DNA of 64,000 bases from Squalus acanthias (lineage: Eukaryota), in NCBI GenBank assembly GCA_030390025.1, contig CM059431.1, positions 98,582,001 through 98,646,000 of the forward strand, given 5' to 3'. Under the pieces are notes generated by a model. The model had not been told where the DNA came from, did no database searches, and saw only the letters and a list, made by a program, of their open reading frames with translations. A program made the position numbers and the translations under genes. Every line of letters starts with the position of its first letter. Within the stretch, counting starts at the first letter, position 1. Below, in pieces: positions 23,689-35,645 of this stretch.

Positions 23689-24631
23689 ATAGAGTCATAA
23701 CGGCACAGAAGGAGGCCATTCGGCCCATCGTGTCCATGCCGGCTCTCTGGAGAGCAATCCAGTCAGTCCCATTCCCCCGCTCTATCCCCGTAGCCCTGCA
23801 AGTTTATTTTCCTCAAGTGCCTATCCAGTTATGTTACTGGACTAATAATCCAGACAATGAGAGCTCTTAGCCCAACAATTTGAATTCAGTTTTTTTTAAA
23901 TTCTGGAAATGAAAAGCTGGTCTCAGTAAAAGTGACCACGAAGCTGTCAGATTGTCGTAAAAACCCAACAGGTTCACTAATGTCCTTTAAGGAAGGAAAC
24001 CTGCCGTCCTTACCCGGTCTGGGCCTATACGTGACTCCAGACCCACACCAAAAGTGATTGACTCTTAACTGCCCTCAGAAGTGGCCCAGTAAGACACTCA
24101 GCTCTTTCAAACCTCTACAAAGAACTGCAGCGTTTCAAGAAGGTGGCTCACCACCACCTTCTCAGGGCAACTAGGTGTGGGCAATAAATGGCAGGAGTAC
24201 AACCGGCCCATAGCATATTCAGGAGCAAGGTGGGCTGGACAGGTGGGGTCTGCCTGGTGTATTGGGGTCCATACGCGGACCTGATGCTCCATGGGATGCG
24301 CCTGTACAGCCCATGACGACAAAATATGTCAGAACCACTGATGTACAATAAGTGAATAAGTCAATTTGAGTACTGAGTACTGTCGGACTGTTAGTGATGT
24401 TTTATAGGCTTAAATTCCATGATAACGTGTATAATTGCACAGGAAATTGAAAGGGTGGTGGAAGCAGATTCAATAGTAACTTTCAAAGGGGAATTGGATA
24501 AATACTTGAAAAGGAAAAATTTGCAGGGCTCTGGGGACAGAGCAGGGGGGAGCGGGACTAATTGGAGAGCTCTTTCAAAGAGGCGGCACAGGCACGATGG
24601 GCCAAATGGCCTCCCTCTGAGCTGTGCGATT

Positions 24632-25230
24632 CTATGTACAGAGCCTTGGTGAGACCACACCTTGAGTACTGTGTGCAGTTTTGGTCGCCTTATCTGAGGA
24701 AGGATGTTCTTGCCATGGAAGGAGTTCAGGAAGATTCACAAGGCTGATACCTGGGATGGCAGGAATGACATATGAGGAGAGATTGGGTCGATTGGGCTTG
24801 ATTGGGCTTATACTCACTGGAGTATAGAAGAATGAGAGGGGATCTCATCGAAACATATAAAATTCTGACAGGTCTGGACAAACTAGATGCAGGAAGAATG
24901 TTCCCGATGGTCGGAGAGTCCAGAACCAGGGGTCATAATCTAAGGATAAGGGGTAAGCCATTTAGGACAGAAATGAGGAAGAATTTCTTCACCCAGAGAG
25001 TGGTGAACCTGTGGAATTCTCTACCACAGAAGGTAGTTGAGGCCAAGTCATTAAATATATTCAAGAATGAGTTAGATATATTTCTTAAAGCTAAAGGGAT
25101 CAAGGGATATGGGGAGAAGGGTACTGAGTTTGGATGATCAGCCATGATCTCATCGAGTGGCGGAGCAGGCTCGAGGGGCCGAATGGCCTACTCCTGCTCC
25201 TATCTTCTATCTTTCTATCTATGTTTCTAT
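24632..25230 (+). mobile_element. CR1 3' fragment
   Basis: LVRPHLEYCVQFW...NFFTQRVV; (TTCTATG) tail. Confidence 0.9.
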
Positions 25231-25553
25231 GAACTGTAAATCAGCAGCCGTGATTACTATTAAATGTTGATTTAACGATGTTGTTTGATTTTCTCTCACA
25301 CCTTTATTTTATAGCCCTGCACACAGAGGAAGATGGCGGGGATTACAGGACCGAGTAAGAATAAGGAGTTCGGGAGGCTGCGTGAGCTGGTGGGGCTCAG
25401 GTTTGTGGCCCAGGGGTTTGGGAGCAGGAGTCATGGGATGTAGGAGCATTGGGGAATGCAAGTGTCTGAGAGAACAAGACGTGGGGTTGTGGAATGTGGG
25501 AGGGACAGTTGTGGAGTTTGCGAGCACTGGCAACAGAGCACCAGGGTCTGGTT

Positions 25554-26223
25554 GGGAGGGGAGGGGAGGGGAGGGGAGGGGAGGGGAGTGGAGGGGAGGG
25601 CGAGGTCGGAGGGGAGGGGAGTGGAGGCGAGGTCGGAGGGGAGGGTTGTGGAGGGGAGGGCGGAGGGGAGGGCAAGGTCGGAGGGGAGGGCGAGGTCAGA
25701 GGGGAGGGGAGGGCGAGGTCGGAGTGGAGGGCGAGGTGGGAGGGGAGTGGAGGGCGAGGTGGGAGGGGAGTGGAGGGCGAGGTGGGAGGGGGAGGGGAGG
25801 GCGAGGTGGGAGGGGGAGGGGAGGGCGAGGGCGGAGGGGAGGGGAGGGTGGAGGGGAGGGGAGGGCGGAGGGGAGGGCGAGGGCGAGGGCGAGGGCGGAG
25901 GGGAGGGGAGGGCGAGGTCGGGGGGGAGGGGAGGGCGAGGGTGGAGTGGAGGGGAGGGCGAGGGTGGAGGGGAGGGGAGGGCGAGGGCGGAGGGCGAGGT
26001 GGGAGGGGAGGGCGAGGTGGGAGGGGAGGGCGAGGGCGGAGGGCGGGAGGGGAGGGCGGAGGGAAGGGCGAGGGCGGAGGGCGGGAGGGGAGGGCGAGGG
26101 CGGAGGGGAGGGGAGGGGAGGGGAGGGGAGGGGGGAGGGCAAGGGCGGAGGGGAGGGCGAGGGCGGAGGGGAGAGCGAGGGCGGAGGGGAGGGGAGGGGA
26201 GGGGAGGGCGAGGGGGGAGGGGA
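25554..26223. repeat. G-rich (GGAGG/GGCGAG) low-complexity array
   Basis: Near-pure purine tract with short repeat units. Confidence 0.9.
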
Positions 26224-27414
26224 CAAAGGATTTTCTCCATCTGAATCTATCTCGTTATCATTTGTCTTAAGAAAACTCTTATTCTTGTGGGATTTTTGTC
26301 CTCTGTCTTAAAGGGGCTGCTGGCTGTACCCTACAAGCAGCAACGGCTTGCATTTATATAGCGCCTTTAACATCGCAAAATGGCCCAAGGAGCGATTATC
26401 AAACAAGATGTGTCACCTAGCCATATAAGGAGATATTAGGACAGGTGACCAAAAGCTTGGTCAAAGAGGTAGGTTTTAACGAGAATTTTAAAAGGTGAGG
26501 TAGCGAGGCGGAGGGATTTCCACAACTTAGGGCCCAGGCGGCTGTAGACACGGCGATGGTGGAGCGATTAAAATCGGGGATGCGCAAGAGGCCAGAATTG
26601 GAGGAGCGCAGAGATCTCGGAGGGTTGTAGGGCTGGAGGAGGTTACAGAGAGATAGGGAGGGGCGAGGCCACGGAGGGATTTGAAAACAAGGATGAGAAT
26701 TTCACGGTTTTACTCTGGCTGGGGTGACTCTGGGAGAGATGAGCAGCGAACGGGCCCAAAATAAGGGTTGCAAGTCAGACTTCCCCATAACAGGGTTCCA
26801 TTTCCAAAGGCTGCTCCTTTAAGCTGACTGTGGCCTGGGAAGATTAAACAGATTAAATGAAATGTGCAAAAGCAACATTAATGAATCGAACAAGACCAAG
26901 CTTCTACTTCCGGCACAGGTAGGATGGGCCGAATGGCCTCCCTCTGTGCCGCATCATTCCAAGGAGAGCAACCAGCCACTGGTAGAGTCCAGCAGCACCT
27001 TTTGGCATTCTGCAGTTATTCATCGGCTCTTTCTCTCCCTCCAATCTCATTTGCACCCTGATTTATGTAAAGGGGGTGAGAAATGAGCTGGAATCTGATC
27101 ATATCTGCTCCCCAGTTTCTTGCAGTTTTCTGGTCAAAGGAGACTGCAAAGATGTTGCAAAAAGCTGCAAGTGGGACCGGGATTATGGGCTCTGGCCTCG
27201 GTCTCATTGACTGAGAAACAGTCTGACTGAAACATAACTGGTTAATAACAGACACAAGCCCACCCACCACCCCCGGGGCAAATATTACAGCAACGTGTGG
27301 GGGATGAATGAAACCAGGAGCTGAGAGTTTGCTGCCCCAGGGTCTGTACTCCTGGTGACAGGGCGAGTGTGGCCGGGGTTGGGGGGACACAGACAGTAAA
27401 CAGCAGATACTCAC

Positions 27415-27478
27415 AGCGCACAGCCCCGGACAGAGCGACAAGCCACAGCAGCCCCGCAAGCTGCAGCCTCCCGGCCAT
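27415..27478 (-). CDS. PROS1: Protein S-like (PROS1/GAS6 family) gene, exon 1: signal peptide MAGRLQLAGLLWLVALSGAVR
   Basis: ATG in strong Kozak context (GCCATGG), hydrophobic signal peptide, GTGAGT donor; 64 nt, phase 1, joins exon 2 in frame (TTC=Phe). Confidence 0.85.
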
Positions 27479-27632
27479 GGCGACAGGGCGCAGCGCACAG
27501 GCTCCGAGCTCCGGGAACCGCGGCTCCTCTCCGGCCCAGGTTCCGCGATCTGGGGCGGCGGTGGGAGGAGCGGACAGGCGGGGCTGGAGCTGGGCGGAGA
27601 GGGTCAGTCCGCCTGCTGCTCGAATCACAGCT
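27479..27632 (-). promoter_or_regulatory. GC/CpG-rich 5' UTR or proximal promoter of the protein S-like gene, with GC-box-like motifs
   Basis: CpG-dense stretch immediately upstream of the ATG containing GGGCGG/GGCGGG motifs. Confidence 0.5.
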
Positions 27633-27651
27633 CTGCAACACAGAAAGGACA

Positions 27652-27694
27652 CTGTGTGTTTGTATCTGTATAAATGTGTGTGTGTATAAATGTG

Positions 27695-27725
<31 letters not shown>

Positions 27726-27770
27726 ATATATATATATATGTATGTGTGTATATATGTGTGTGTGTGACCA
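27652..27770. repeat. (TA)n/(TG)n microsatellite upstream of protein S-like exon 1
   Basis: Dinucleotide runs. Confidence 0.9.
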
Positions 27771-27819
27771 CACCATCCTCCTCCGACGCCTCTCTTCGGT
27801 TGTCCAGCTGGGTGGGACT

Positions 27820-28570
27820 GCACTCGCCTGGTTTCTGTCCTGAATGAGCCATAATTTCCTCTGGTTAAACATTGGGAAGACCGAAGCCATCGTCTTTCGT
27901 CCCCGCCACAGACTCCGTTCCCTCGCCACCGATTCCATCCATTCCCTTCCATGGCTGCTGTCCCAGGCTGAACCAGACTGTTCGCAACCTCGTCATCCTA
28001 TCTGACCCTAAGCTGAGCTTCTGACCCCACATCCTCTCCATCACCAAGACCACCTATTTCCACCTCCCTAACATCGCCCGTCTCCGCCCCTGCCCCAGCC
28101 CATCCACTGCTGAAACCCTCACCCAGGCCTTTGTTACCTCCAGACTCGACTATTCCAACGCTCTCCTGGTCGGCCTCCCACCTTCCACCCTCCATAAACT
28201 TGAGCTCATTCAAAACTCTGCTGCCCCGTGTCCTAACTCGCACCAAGTCCCGTTCACCCATCACTCCTGTGCTCGCTGACCTACACTGGTTCCCGGTCCG
28301 GCAACGCCTCAACTTTAAAATTCTTATCCTCCTGTTCAAATCCCTCCATGGCCTCGCAACTCCCTATCTCTTAACCTCCTCCAGCCCCACAACCCCCGAG
28401 ATCTCGGCGCTCCGCCAGCTGGCTACTGGTACTTCCCCAACTGCTTTCACTCCACCATTGGCGGCCGTGCTTTCAGCATTCCCGGCCCTAAGCTCTGGAA
28501 TTCCCTCCCCAACCACTTCGCCCCTCCACTGCATTCTCCTCCTTTAAGGCTCTGCTTAAAACCTACTTTG
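27820..28570 (+). mobile_element. L2-clade LINE 3' fragment just upstream of the protein S-like gene
   Basis: LNIGKTE, AFVTSRLDYSN, LHWFPV..R..FKIL motifs. Confidence 0.85.
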
Positions 28571-29457
28571 CTGTGTAAAAAAACATTCTCCTCCTCTCCG
28601 ATCTGGTTCTTTTGGTAATTACCTTCATTGAAGGAAGTCCCACGTATAGTGATAGCTGTGGGAAGAAATGGAACTCAAGACTTGGGTAGCTGAAAGGTCT
28701 CTGGAGGGAAACGTTGTTGGAGGGATTTCAAACACAGAAAAATAAATCTAGAATGAACGACCCAAACACTCCCAAAGCTCTCCACCACTGGGGTTTTCCT
28801 CGCCTCGTGTCTGGGTCTGTTGCAGACTCATTGATAGAGATTGATCGCTGTGATTGGTCAACAACTTCGTTATCGTTGTATCAGGTGACTACCAGGATGG
28901 TAGATTTGGATAAATACTTGAAGGGGAAAAATTTGCAGGGCTACGGGGAAAGAGCAGGGGGGAGTGGGACTAATTGGAGAGCTCTTTCAAAGAGCCGGCA
29001 CAGGCACAATGGGCCAAATGGCCTCCTTCTGTGCTGTAAGATTGTATGAAAGCACAGCCAAAATTGCCTCCTTCTGTGCTACTTCATTCTGTGATTCTAT
29101 GGCGGACTAGATGGACCTTGGCCGTTCTTCGTCTAGCAAGTCCTCTGTTCATTGGCAGGTTGGTGGGAGGGTACCTCCAGGTGTGCGTACTGTTTCTGGT
29201 TTGTCTGACCTGGCCGACGTCCCTCGACCGCTCCTCTTCCAAAGCAACTTGCACTTATATAGCATCTTAAACAGGAGAGGGGGCGTTAACTGACAAAAGA
29301 GTCGGTAAGCCACGGTGTGAGAATAATGGGGCTTCAGAAGGGAGACAGAGCGGTGGAGGGGTTTAGCGAGAGTATTTCAGGGAGTTGGACTGATGCAGCT
29401 GAAGGCTTTGCCACCAATGATGGGATGAAGGGAGGGGCGATGCACAAAAGGGCACAG

Positions 29458-31055
29458 GAGGGGATTGAAGGGCGCGGAGGAGGACTGAAGGGCGCGGGGG
29501 GGGGGACTGAAGGGCGCGGGGGGGGGATTGAAGGGGGCGGGGGGGGGATTGAAGGGGGCGGGGGGGAGGATTGAAGGGGGCGGGGGGGAGGATTGAAGGG
29601 GGCGGGGGGGGAGGATTGAAGGGGGCGGGGGGGAGGATTGAAGGGGGCGGGGGGAGGATTGAAGGGGGCGGGGGGAGGATTGAAGGGGGCGGGGGGAGGA
29701 TTGAAGGGGGCGGGGGGGAGGATTGAAGGGGGCGGGGGGGGAGGATTGAAGGGGGCGGGGGGGAGGATTGAAGGGGGCGGGGGGAGGATTGAAGGGGGCG
29801 GGGGGAGGATTGAAGGGGGCGGGGGGGAGGATTGAAGGGGGCGGGGGGAGGATTGAAGGGGGCGGGGGGGAGGATTGAAGGGGGCGGGGGGGAGGATTGA
29901 AGGGGGCGGGGGGGAGGATTGAAGGGGGCGGGGGGGAGGATTGAAGGGGGCGGGGGGGAGGATTGAAGGGGGCGGGGGGAGGATTGAAGGGGGCGGGGGG
30001 AGGATTGAAGGGGGCGGGGGGAGGATTGAAGGGGGCGGGGGGAGGATTGAAGGGGGCGGGGGGAGGATTGAAGGGGGCGGGGGGAGGATTGAAGGGGGCG
30101 GGGGGAGGATTGAAGGGGGCGGGGGGAGGATTGAAGGGGCGGGGGGGGATTGAAGGGGGCGGGGGGGGGATTGAAGGGGGCGGGGGGGGATTGAAGGGGG
30201 CGGGGGGGGATTGAAGGGGGCGGGGGGGGGATTGAAGGGGGCGGGGGGGGATTGAAGGGGGCGGGGGGGGGATTGAAGGGGGCGGGGGGGATTGAAGGGG
30301 GCGGGGGGGGATTGAAGGGGGCGGGGGGGGATTGAAGGGGGCGGGGGGGGATTGAAGGGGCGGGGGGGGATTGAAGGGGGCGGGGGGGATTGAAGGGGGC
30401 GGGGGGGATTGAAGGGGGCGGGGGGGATTGAAGGGGGCGGGGGGGGATTGAAGGGGGCGGGGATTGAAGGGGGCAGGGGGGGGATTGAAGGGGGCGGGGG
30501 GGGATTGAAGGGGGCGGGGGGGGATTGAAGGGGGCGGGGGGGGATTGAAGGGGCGGGGGCGGGGGGGAGATTGAAGGGGGCGGGGGAGGATTGAAGGGGC
30601 GGGGGAGGATTGAAGGGGGCGGGGGGGATTGAAGGGGGTGGGGGAGGATTGAAGGGCACGGGGGGGATTGAAGGGGGCGGGGGGGGATTGAAGGGGGCGG
30701 GGGAGGATTGAAGGGAGCGGGGGGGGATCGAAGGGCGTGGGGGAGGATCGAAGGGGGCGAAGGGGGAGGATCGAAGGGGCGGGGGAGGATCGAAGGGGCG
30801 GGGGAGGATCGAAGGGGGCGGGGAGGATCGAAGGGGGCGGGGGGGGATCGAAGGGGACGGGGGGGATTGAAGGGGCGGGGGGGAGATTGAAGGGGGCGGG
30901 GGAGGATTGAAGGGGACGGGGGGGATTGAAGGGGCGGGGGGGAGATTGAAGGGGGCGGGGGGGAGATTGAAGGGGGCGGGGGAGGATTGAAGGGGCGGGG
31001 AGGATTGAAGGGGGCGGGGGAGGATTGAAGGGGGCGGGGAGGATTGAAGGGCGCA
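29458..31055. repeat. ~1.6-kb G-rich minisatellite (GGATTGAAGGGGGCGGGGG(G)n(A), ~20-24 bp)
   Basis: Visible tandem periodicity with variable G-run length. Confidence 0.95.
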
Positions 31056-31399
31056 GGCAAAGGTGCAAGGCTGGAGGAGGTTGCAGAGGTGGGGAGAGGA
31101 AGTGGAGGAAATTGAAGAAGTGGGTAAGGAGTTTGAATTCAGTGCCTTAAGGGTCTCGGAGCCAGTGTAAGCCAATGAGATATGGATGGTGAGCGAACGG
31201 GACAGAATACGTGCAGCTGAGTTTTGAGCAAGTTGGAGTTAATGGAGGGTGCCAGGGAGGACATTGGAGAAATGAAATCTAAAGGTGACAAAAGTGTAGA
31301 TAAGTGTTTCAGCTGCTATGGTAGTGAGGTAGGGGCGGAGGCAGGTGATGTTATAGAGGGGGAAGTAAGGATCCTGATGATGAATAGGATTTGCATGAA

Positions 31400-31968
31400 C
31401 TTCAGTTATACAAAACCCTGGTTAGACCACACCTGGAGCACTGTGAGCAGTTCTGGGCACCACACCTTAGGAAGGATATATTGGCCTTGGAGGGAGTGCA
31501 GCGTAGGTTTACCAGAATGATACCTGGACTCCAAGGGTTAAATTACAAGGAGAGATTACACAAACTAGGGTTGTATTCCCTGGAATTTAGAAGGTTAAGG
31601 GGTGATTTGATCGAAGTTTTATTTAGGGGAACAGATAGGGTAGATAGAGAGAAATTATTTCCGCTGGTTGGGGAGTCTAGGACTAGGGGACATATTCTAA
31701 AAATTAGAGTCAGACCTTTCAGGAGTGAAAATAGGAAACACTTCTACACAGAGAGGTGGTAGAAGTTTGGAACTCTCTTCCCAAATGGCAGTTGATGCTA
31801 GATCAATTGTTAATTTTAAATCTGAGATTGATAGATTTTTGTTCACCAAAGGTATTAAGGTATATGGGCCAAAGGCGGGTATATGGAGTTAGATCACAGA
31901 TCAGCCACGATCTCATTGACTGGCGGAACAGGCTCGAGGGGCTAAATGGCCTCCTCCTGTTCCTATGA
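31400..31968 (+). mobile_element. CR1 3' fragment
   Basis: [15 protein letters not shown]...[10 protein letters not shown]. Confidence 0.88.
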
Positions 31969-32670
31969 CTGGTGTAACCTGCGTGGGTGGTCAGGGAGGG
32001 ATAGAGTCAACATCAAGAAGGCAGCTGAAAGGCTCAGTCCTCCCGAAGGTCTGTTGGGGAATTTTTGACTCATTCACAACCTGACGTCAGGCAATCTGAC
32101 AACACGGAGGTGACCATTGGGTCAATGGATGGGCTGGAGACGGAGAGCTGGGTGTCAAAAGCAAACATGTGGAAGTTGACCTGTAAAAAAACCCAAAGGA
32201 GACTCCCCATTGTGAAGCCCACCGCCCCAATATCACACACACACTACACACACACAGACACACACACACACACAGACTACACACACACAGACACACACAC
32301 ATGACTGCACAAGGACACAGGCTTGAATTATCTATTTAAGTTTCACAAACTATTCTGCTTTTCTTTCCTCTCTGCTCCTAACTCCCACTCTAATCAAGTT
32401 CTGTTCTCACTCTGTTCCCACCTCACTCCCTTACCAGCTCACTCTGCAGTGTCTCTCCGCTTGAACAAGTGCTCTCACTACTATCTCTCTTTTTATACCC
32501 ACACCAAACAAAGTCAAAATACTCATTTTAGCTGCTCTGACAGATTAATTATAACCTAGCCAGTGACTAATGATTATCTGCTACCTGTTAACTGTGGCTC
32601 AGTGGGTAGCACTCTGAGTCAGAAACCCCACTCCAGAGGCTTGAGCACAAAATCTAGGCTGACACTCCAG

Positions 32671-33197
32671 TGCAGTGCTGAGGGAGAGCCGCACTGTCGG
32701 AGGAGCAGTACTGAGGGAGAGCCGCACTGTCAGAGAAGCAGTACTGAGGGAACGCTGTACTGTCGGAGGGGCAGTGCTGAGGGAGCGCTGCACTGTCGGA
32801 GGGACAGTACTGAGGAAGCGCTGCACTGTCAGAGGGGCAGTACTGAGGGAGTGCCGCACTGTCAGAGGGGAAGTACTGAGGGAGGGCCGCACTGTAGGAG
32901 GGGCAGTACTGAGGGTGTGCTGCACTGCCGGAGGGGCAATACTGAGGGAGCGCTGTACTGTCGGAGGGGCAATACTGAGGGAGCGCTGTACTGTCGGAGG
33001 GGCAGTACTGAGGAAGTGCTGCACTGTCGTAGGGGCAATACTGTGGAAGCGCTGCACTGTCGGAGGTGCAGTACTGAGGGAGCGCCGGACTGTCGGAAGG
33101 GCAGTACTGAGGGATCGCTGCACTGTCGGAGGGGCAGTACTGAGTGAGTGCTGCACTGTCGGAGGGGCAGTACTGAGGGAGCGCTGCACTGTCGGAG
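32671..33197. repeat. Same 33-bp minisatellite, ~16 copies, opposite orientation, inside a Deu-SINE
   Basis: Direct tandem repeats. Confidence 0.95.
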
Positions 33198-33739
33198 ATG
33201 CCGTCTTTCAGATGAGACGTTAAACCGAGGCCCCGTCTGCCCTCTCAGGTGGACGTAAAAGATCCCATGGCACTATTTTGAAGAAGTGCAGGGGAGTTAT
33301 CGCTGGTGTCCTGGCCAATATTTATCCCTCAATCAACATAATTTAAAACAGATTATCTGGCCATTTATCTCATTGCTGCTTGTGGGAGCTTGCTGTGTAC
33401 AAATTGGCTCCCACATTACAACAGTGACCACACTTCTAAGTACTTCATTGTCTGTAAATATCTTTGGGACGTCCTGAGGTCATGAAAGGAGCTGTAGATA
33501 TCTTTCTTTCTTTAATCGCCAATTGGCTATAGTTGCACAAATTTCAAGTTCCGTTTATGGAGGGGAGGGGTGGGTGGAGAAGGACACAAGATATTCGGAA
33601 CTACTTACCGATGAATTCGCATTCGTGTCAAATTCCCATTCTAGAATTACGGTTTTCACTCGGTGATTTGCCCTCATTACTGCACCTCCCTTTTTACACT
33701 CCCATTTACCCCTCCAAACTTTGTGAACATTTCACCCAG

Positions 33740-35645
33740 TCGTGTTAAAAACAAGAACACACAGCTGTTAAAAACTTGTGGTTTAATTTGGCAGTTAAAA
33801 ATACAAGGTGTCCCATTAGTATTCTATGTACATCGTTAAGTTACAAGCATTGCAGGAGAATCCACTCAGCAGGCAGGTGTATTGGAGACTCACCATGGAA
33901 TTAACTTCAGCCCGTTTCCCTTTTAACGGTTCAATGTACAATTTTATTCAACATTTTTCTACAACATAATACATCAATTCTATCGCTAAGACAGTGCTTC
34001 TTTTAAAAACGGATACATACTAATGTACAACTCCCTGCAGCGCAAAGGAATTCTATCTACCTACAACTGTGGTTCTATTTATTGTCCCTTTAGATAAAAA
34101 CGTGTGATTGCAAATGAAGATTTAGGTCCTCTTTCTGTTAAAACTGAAGCTGGAAGCATGGGTCAGTAAATATTCCACAGCAGAGTGCCTGTGCCCTAAC
34201 TCTATAACCATCATTAGTAATGGCACTAACGAATTGCCTGTTTCACAGTGTATAAATGACGTTACATTTCGCAGTGCGACTCGATTCAGAGCCCTGACAC
34301 GGGATGCATCAATTCAAGATTACACACACTGCTTCTGTCATTGTACTGTGTCAGGTGGACTGCCCACTGGTGTCACCAACGGACGCACGGTGTCACCAAC
34401 GGACGCCCGGAGTCACCAACGGACGCCCGGTGTCACCAACGGACGCACGGTGTCACCAACGGACGCCCGGAGTCACCAACGGACGCCCGGTGTCACCAAC
34501 GGACGCCCGGTGTCACCAACGGACGCCCGGAGTCACCAACGGACGCCCGGTGTCACCAACGGACGCCCGGTGTCACCAACGGACGCCCGGAGTCACCAAC
34601 GGACGCCCGGTGTCACCAACGGACGCCCGGTGTCACCAACGGACGCTCGGTGTCACCAACGGACGCCCAGTGCCAGTGCTGTGCACATGGTTGGCACTGT
34701 ATACACAATCCCATTAAATCAGGGGGCTTTCTAAGGCTGTACGCACAATACAACAGGAAGTGGCACAAAAGTTGGACTCTTTTTCCAACTGCAGACGAGG
34801 GTTTCTGCCTGTATGACGCAACTCAACAATTATTGAGATGGGACTCGCAGTGCCCTCACCACACCCTCACCTCGGAGTCTGCCCAATGGCGCTGGACCGA
34901 GCGGCGCCAGCTGTAAACGAGAACAGTGCCAGCAAGCTTGATGGACCAGACACGGTGGCGATACTGGGCTCATTCTAGAAGCAGAATCGTCAACCCAGCA
35001 CGGAAGGGGAGTAGTTTTCAGTACGATACGGAAAACTCTGCTGTGGCTTGTGTGTCTTTTCTATCGCCCTGCAGGGAGGGGGGAGTGGGGTGAATACTAC
35101 GGATATTAATGTGTCTAAACCCTAAAGGGTAAATTCACGAGGCTTTGCCGGGGCACGGACCCTCCGTGGATGGGACACAGATCAGGAATAGAGCCCCACT
35201 CTCCGTCCTGTGCTCCCGACTAGTGACGCTCCCGGAGTTTATCCTTGCGCGATTGCAGCTTGTGAGATTCTATTGCTTCGTTACAACAATACTCAGCTCG
35301 GGTTTGGACCCAACGATTTTAAAAACTTTACACTCGAGTTGCTTGCAGACTGGTTCACTTTCAATGATCATTGAACTGATCACTGCTCAAAGCAAGTATA
35401 AAATAACTGCCTTAAAGGCAAATAGTTAGTCATCTGTTACAATCAGATGACTAAAAGTGCATACTGTAACTGTTTGTGAAAACATCGTTAAAATCATACG
35501 GAAAGTGTGTAAGTTGAATGCTGTAAATCTGTACATATCATACGAATTATCTTCTGCGTTTTAAACTTCATTTTCAGTTTGTGACCACTAAACATCCAGC
35601 ACCTTCAGGTATAAAGTAATACTCTCGGCTTTCCCAGGCAGTTGG
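33740..35645 (-). other. Putative RASA3 3' UTR with candidate poly(A) signals (AATAAA 34078-34083 and 33943-33948; ATTAAA 33782-33787 followed by a GT-rich element)
   Basis: About 1.9 kb after the stop codon with no recognisable transposon in an otherwise repeat-dense window; hexamers read on the minus strand. Confidence 0.55.
34369..34668. repeat. 20-bp minisatellite (GGTGTCACCAACGGACGCCC) x15
   Basis: Near-perfect tandem units. Confidence 0.97.

Noticed and set aside
1925..27478. Naming the gene GAS6 from synteny alone
   Set aside because: Diagnostic residues and exon 2, 4, 6 and 7 lengths favour protein S; left open for phylogeny.
27242..27952. 236-aa ORF as an extended N-terminus of the protein S-like gene
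   Set aside because: The upstream part crosses L2 and microsatellite sequence; the Kozak ATG at 27478 gives a proper signal peptide.
29334..31175. 613/565/563-aa Pro-rich ORFs
   Set aside because: Translations of a G-rich minisatellite, open in several frames, with no splice or domain evidence.
34369..34668. CRISPR-like appearance of a regular repeat
   Set aside because: No unique spacers, no cas genes, vertebrate context; it is a plain tandem repeat.
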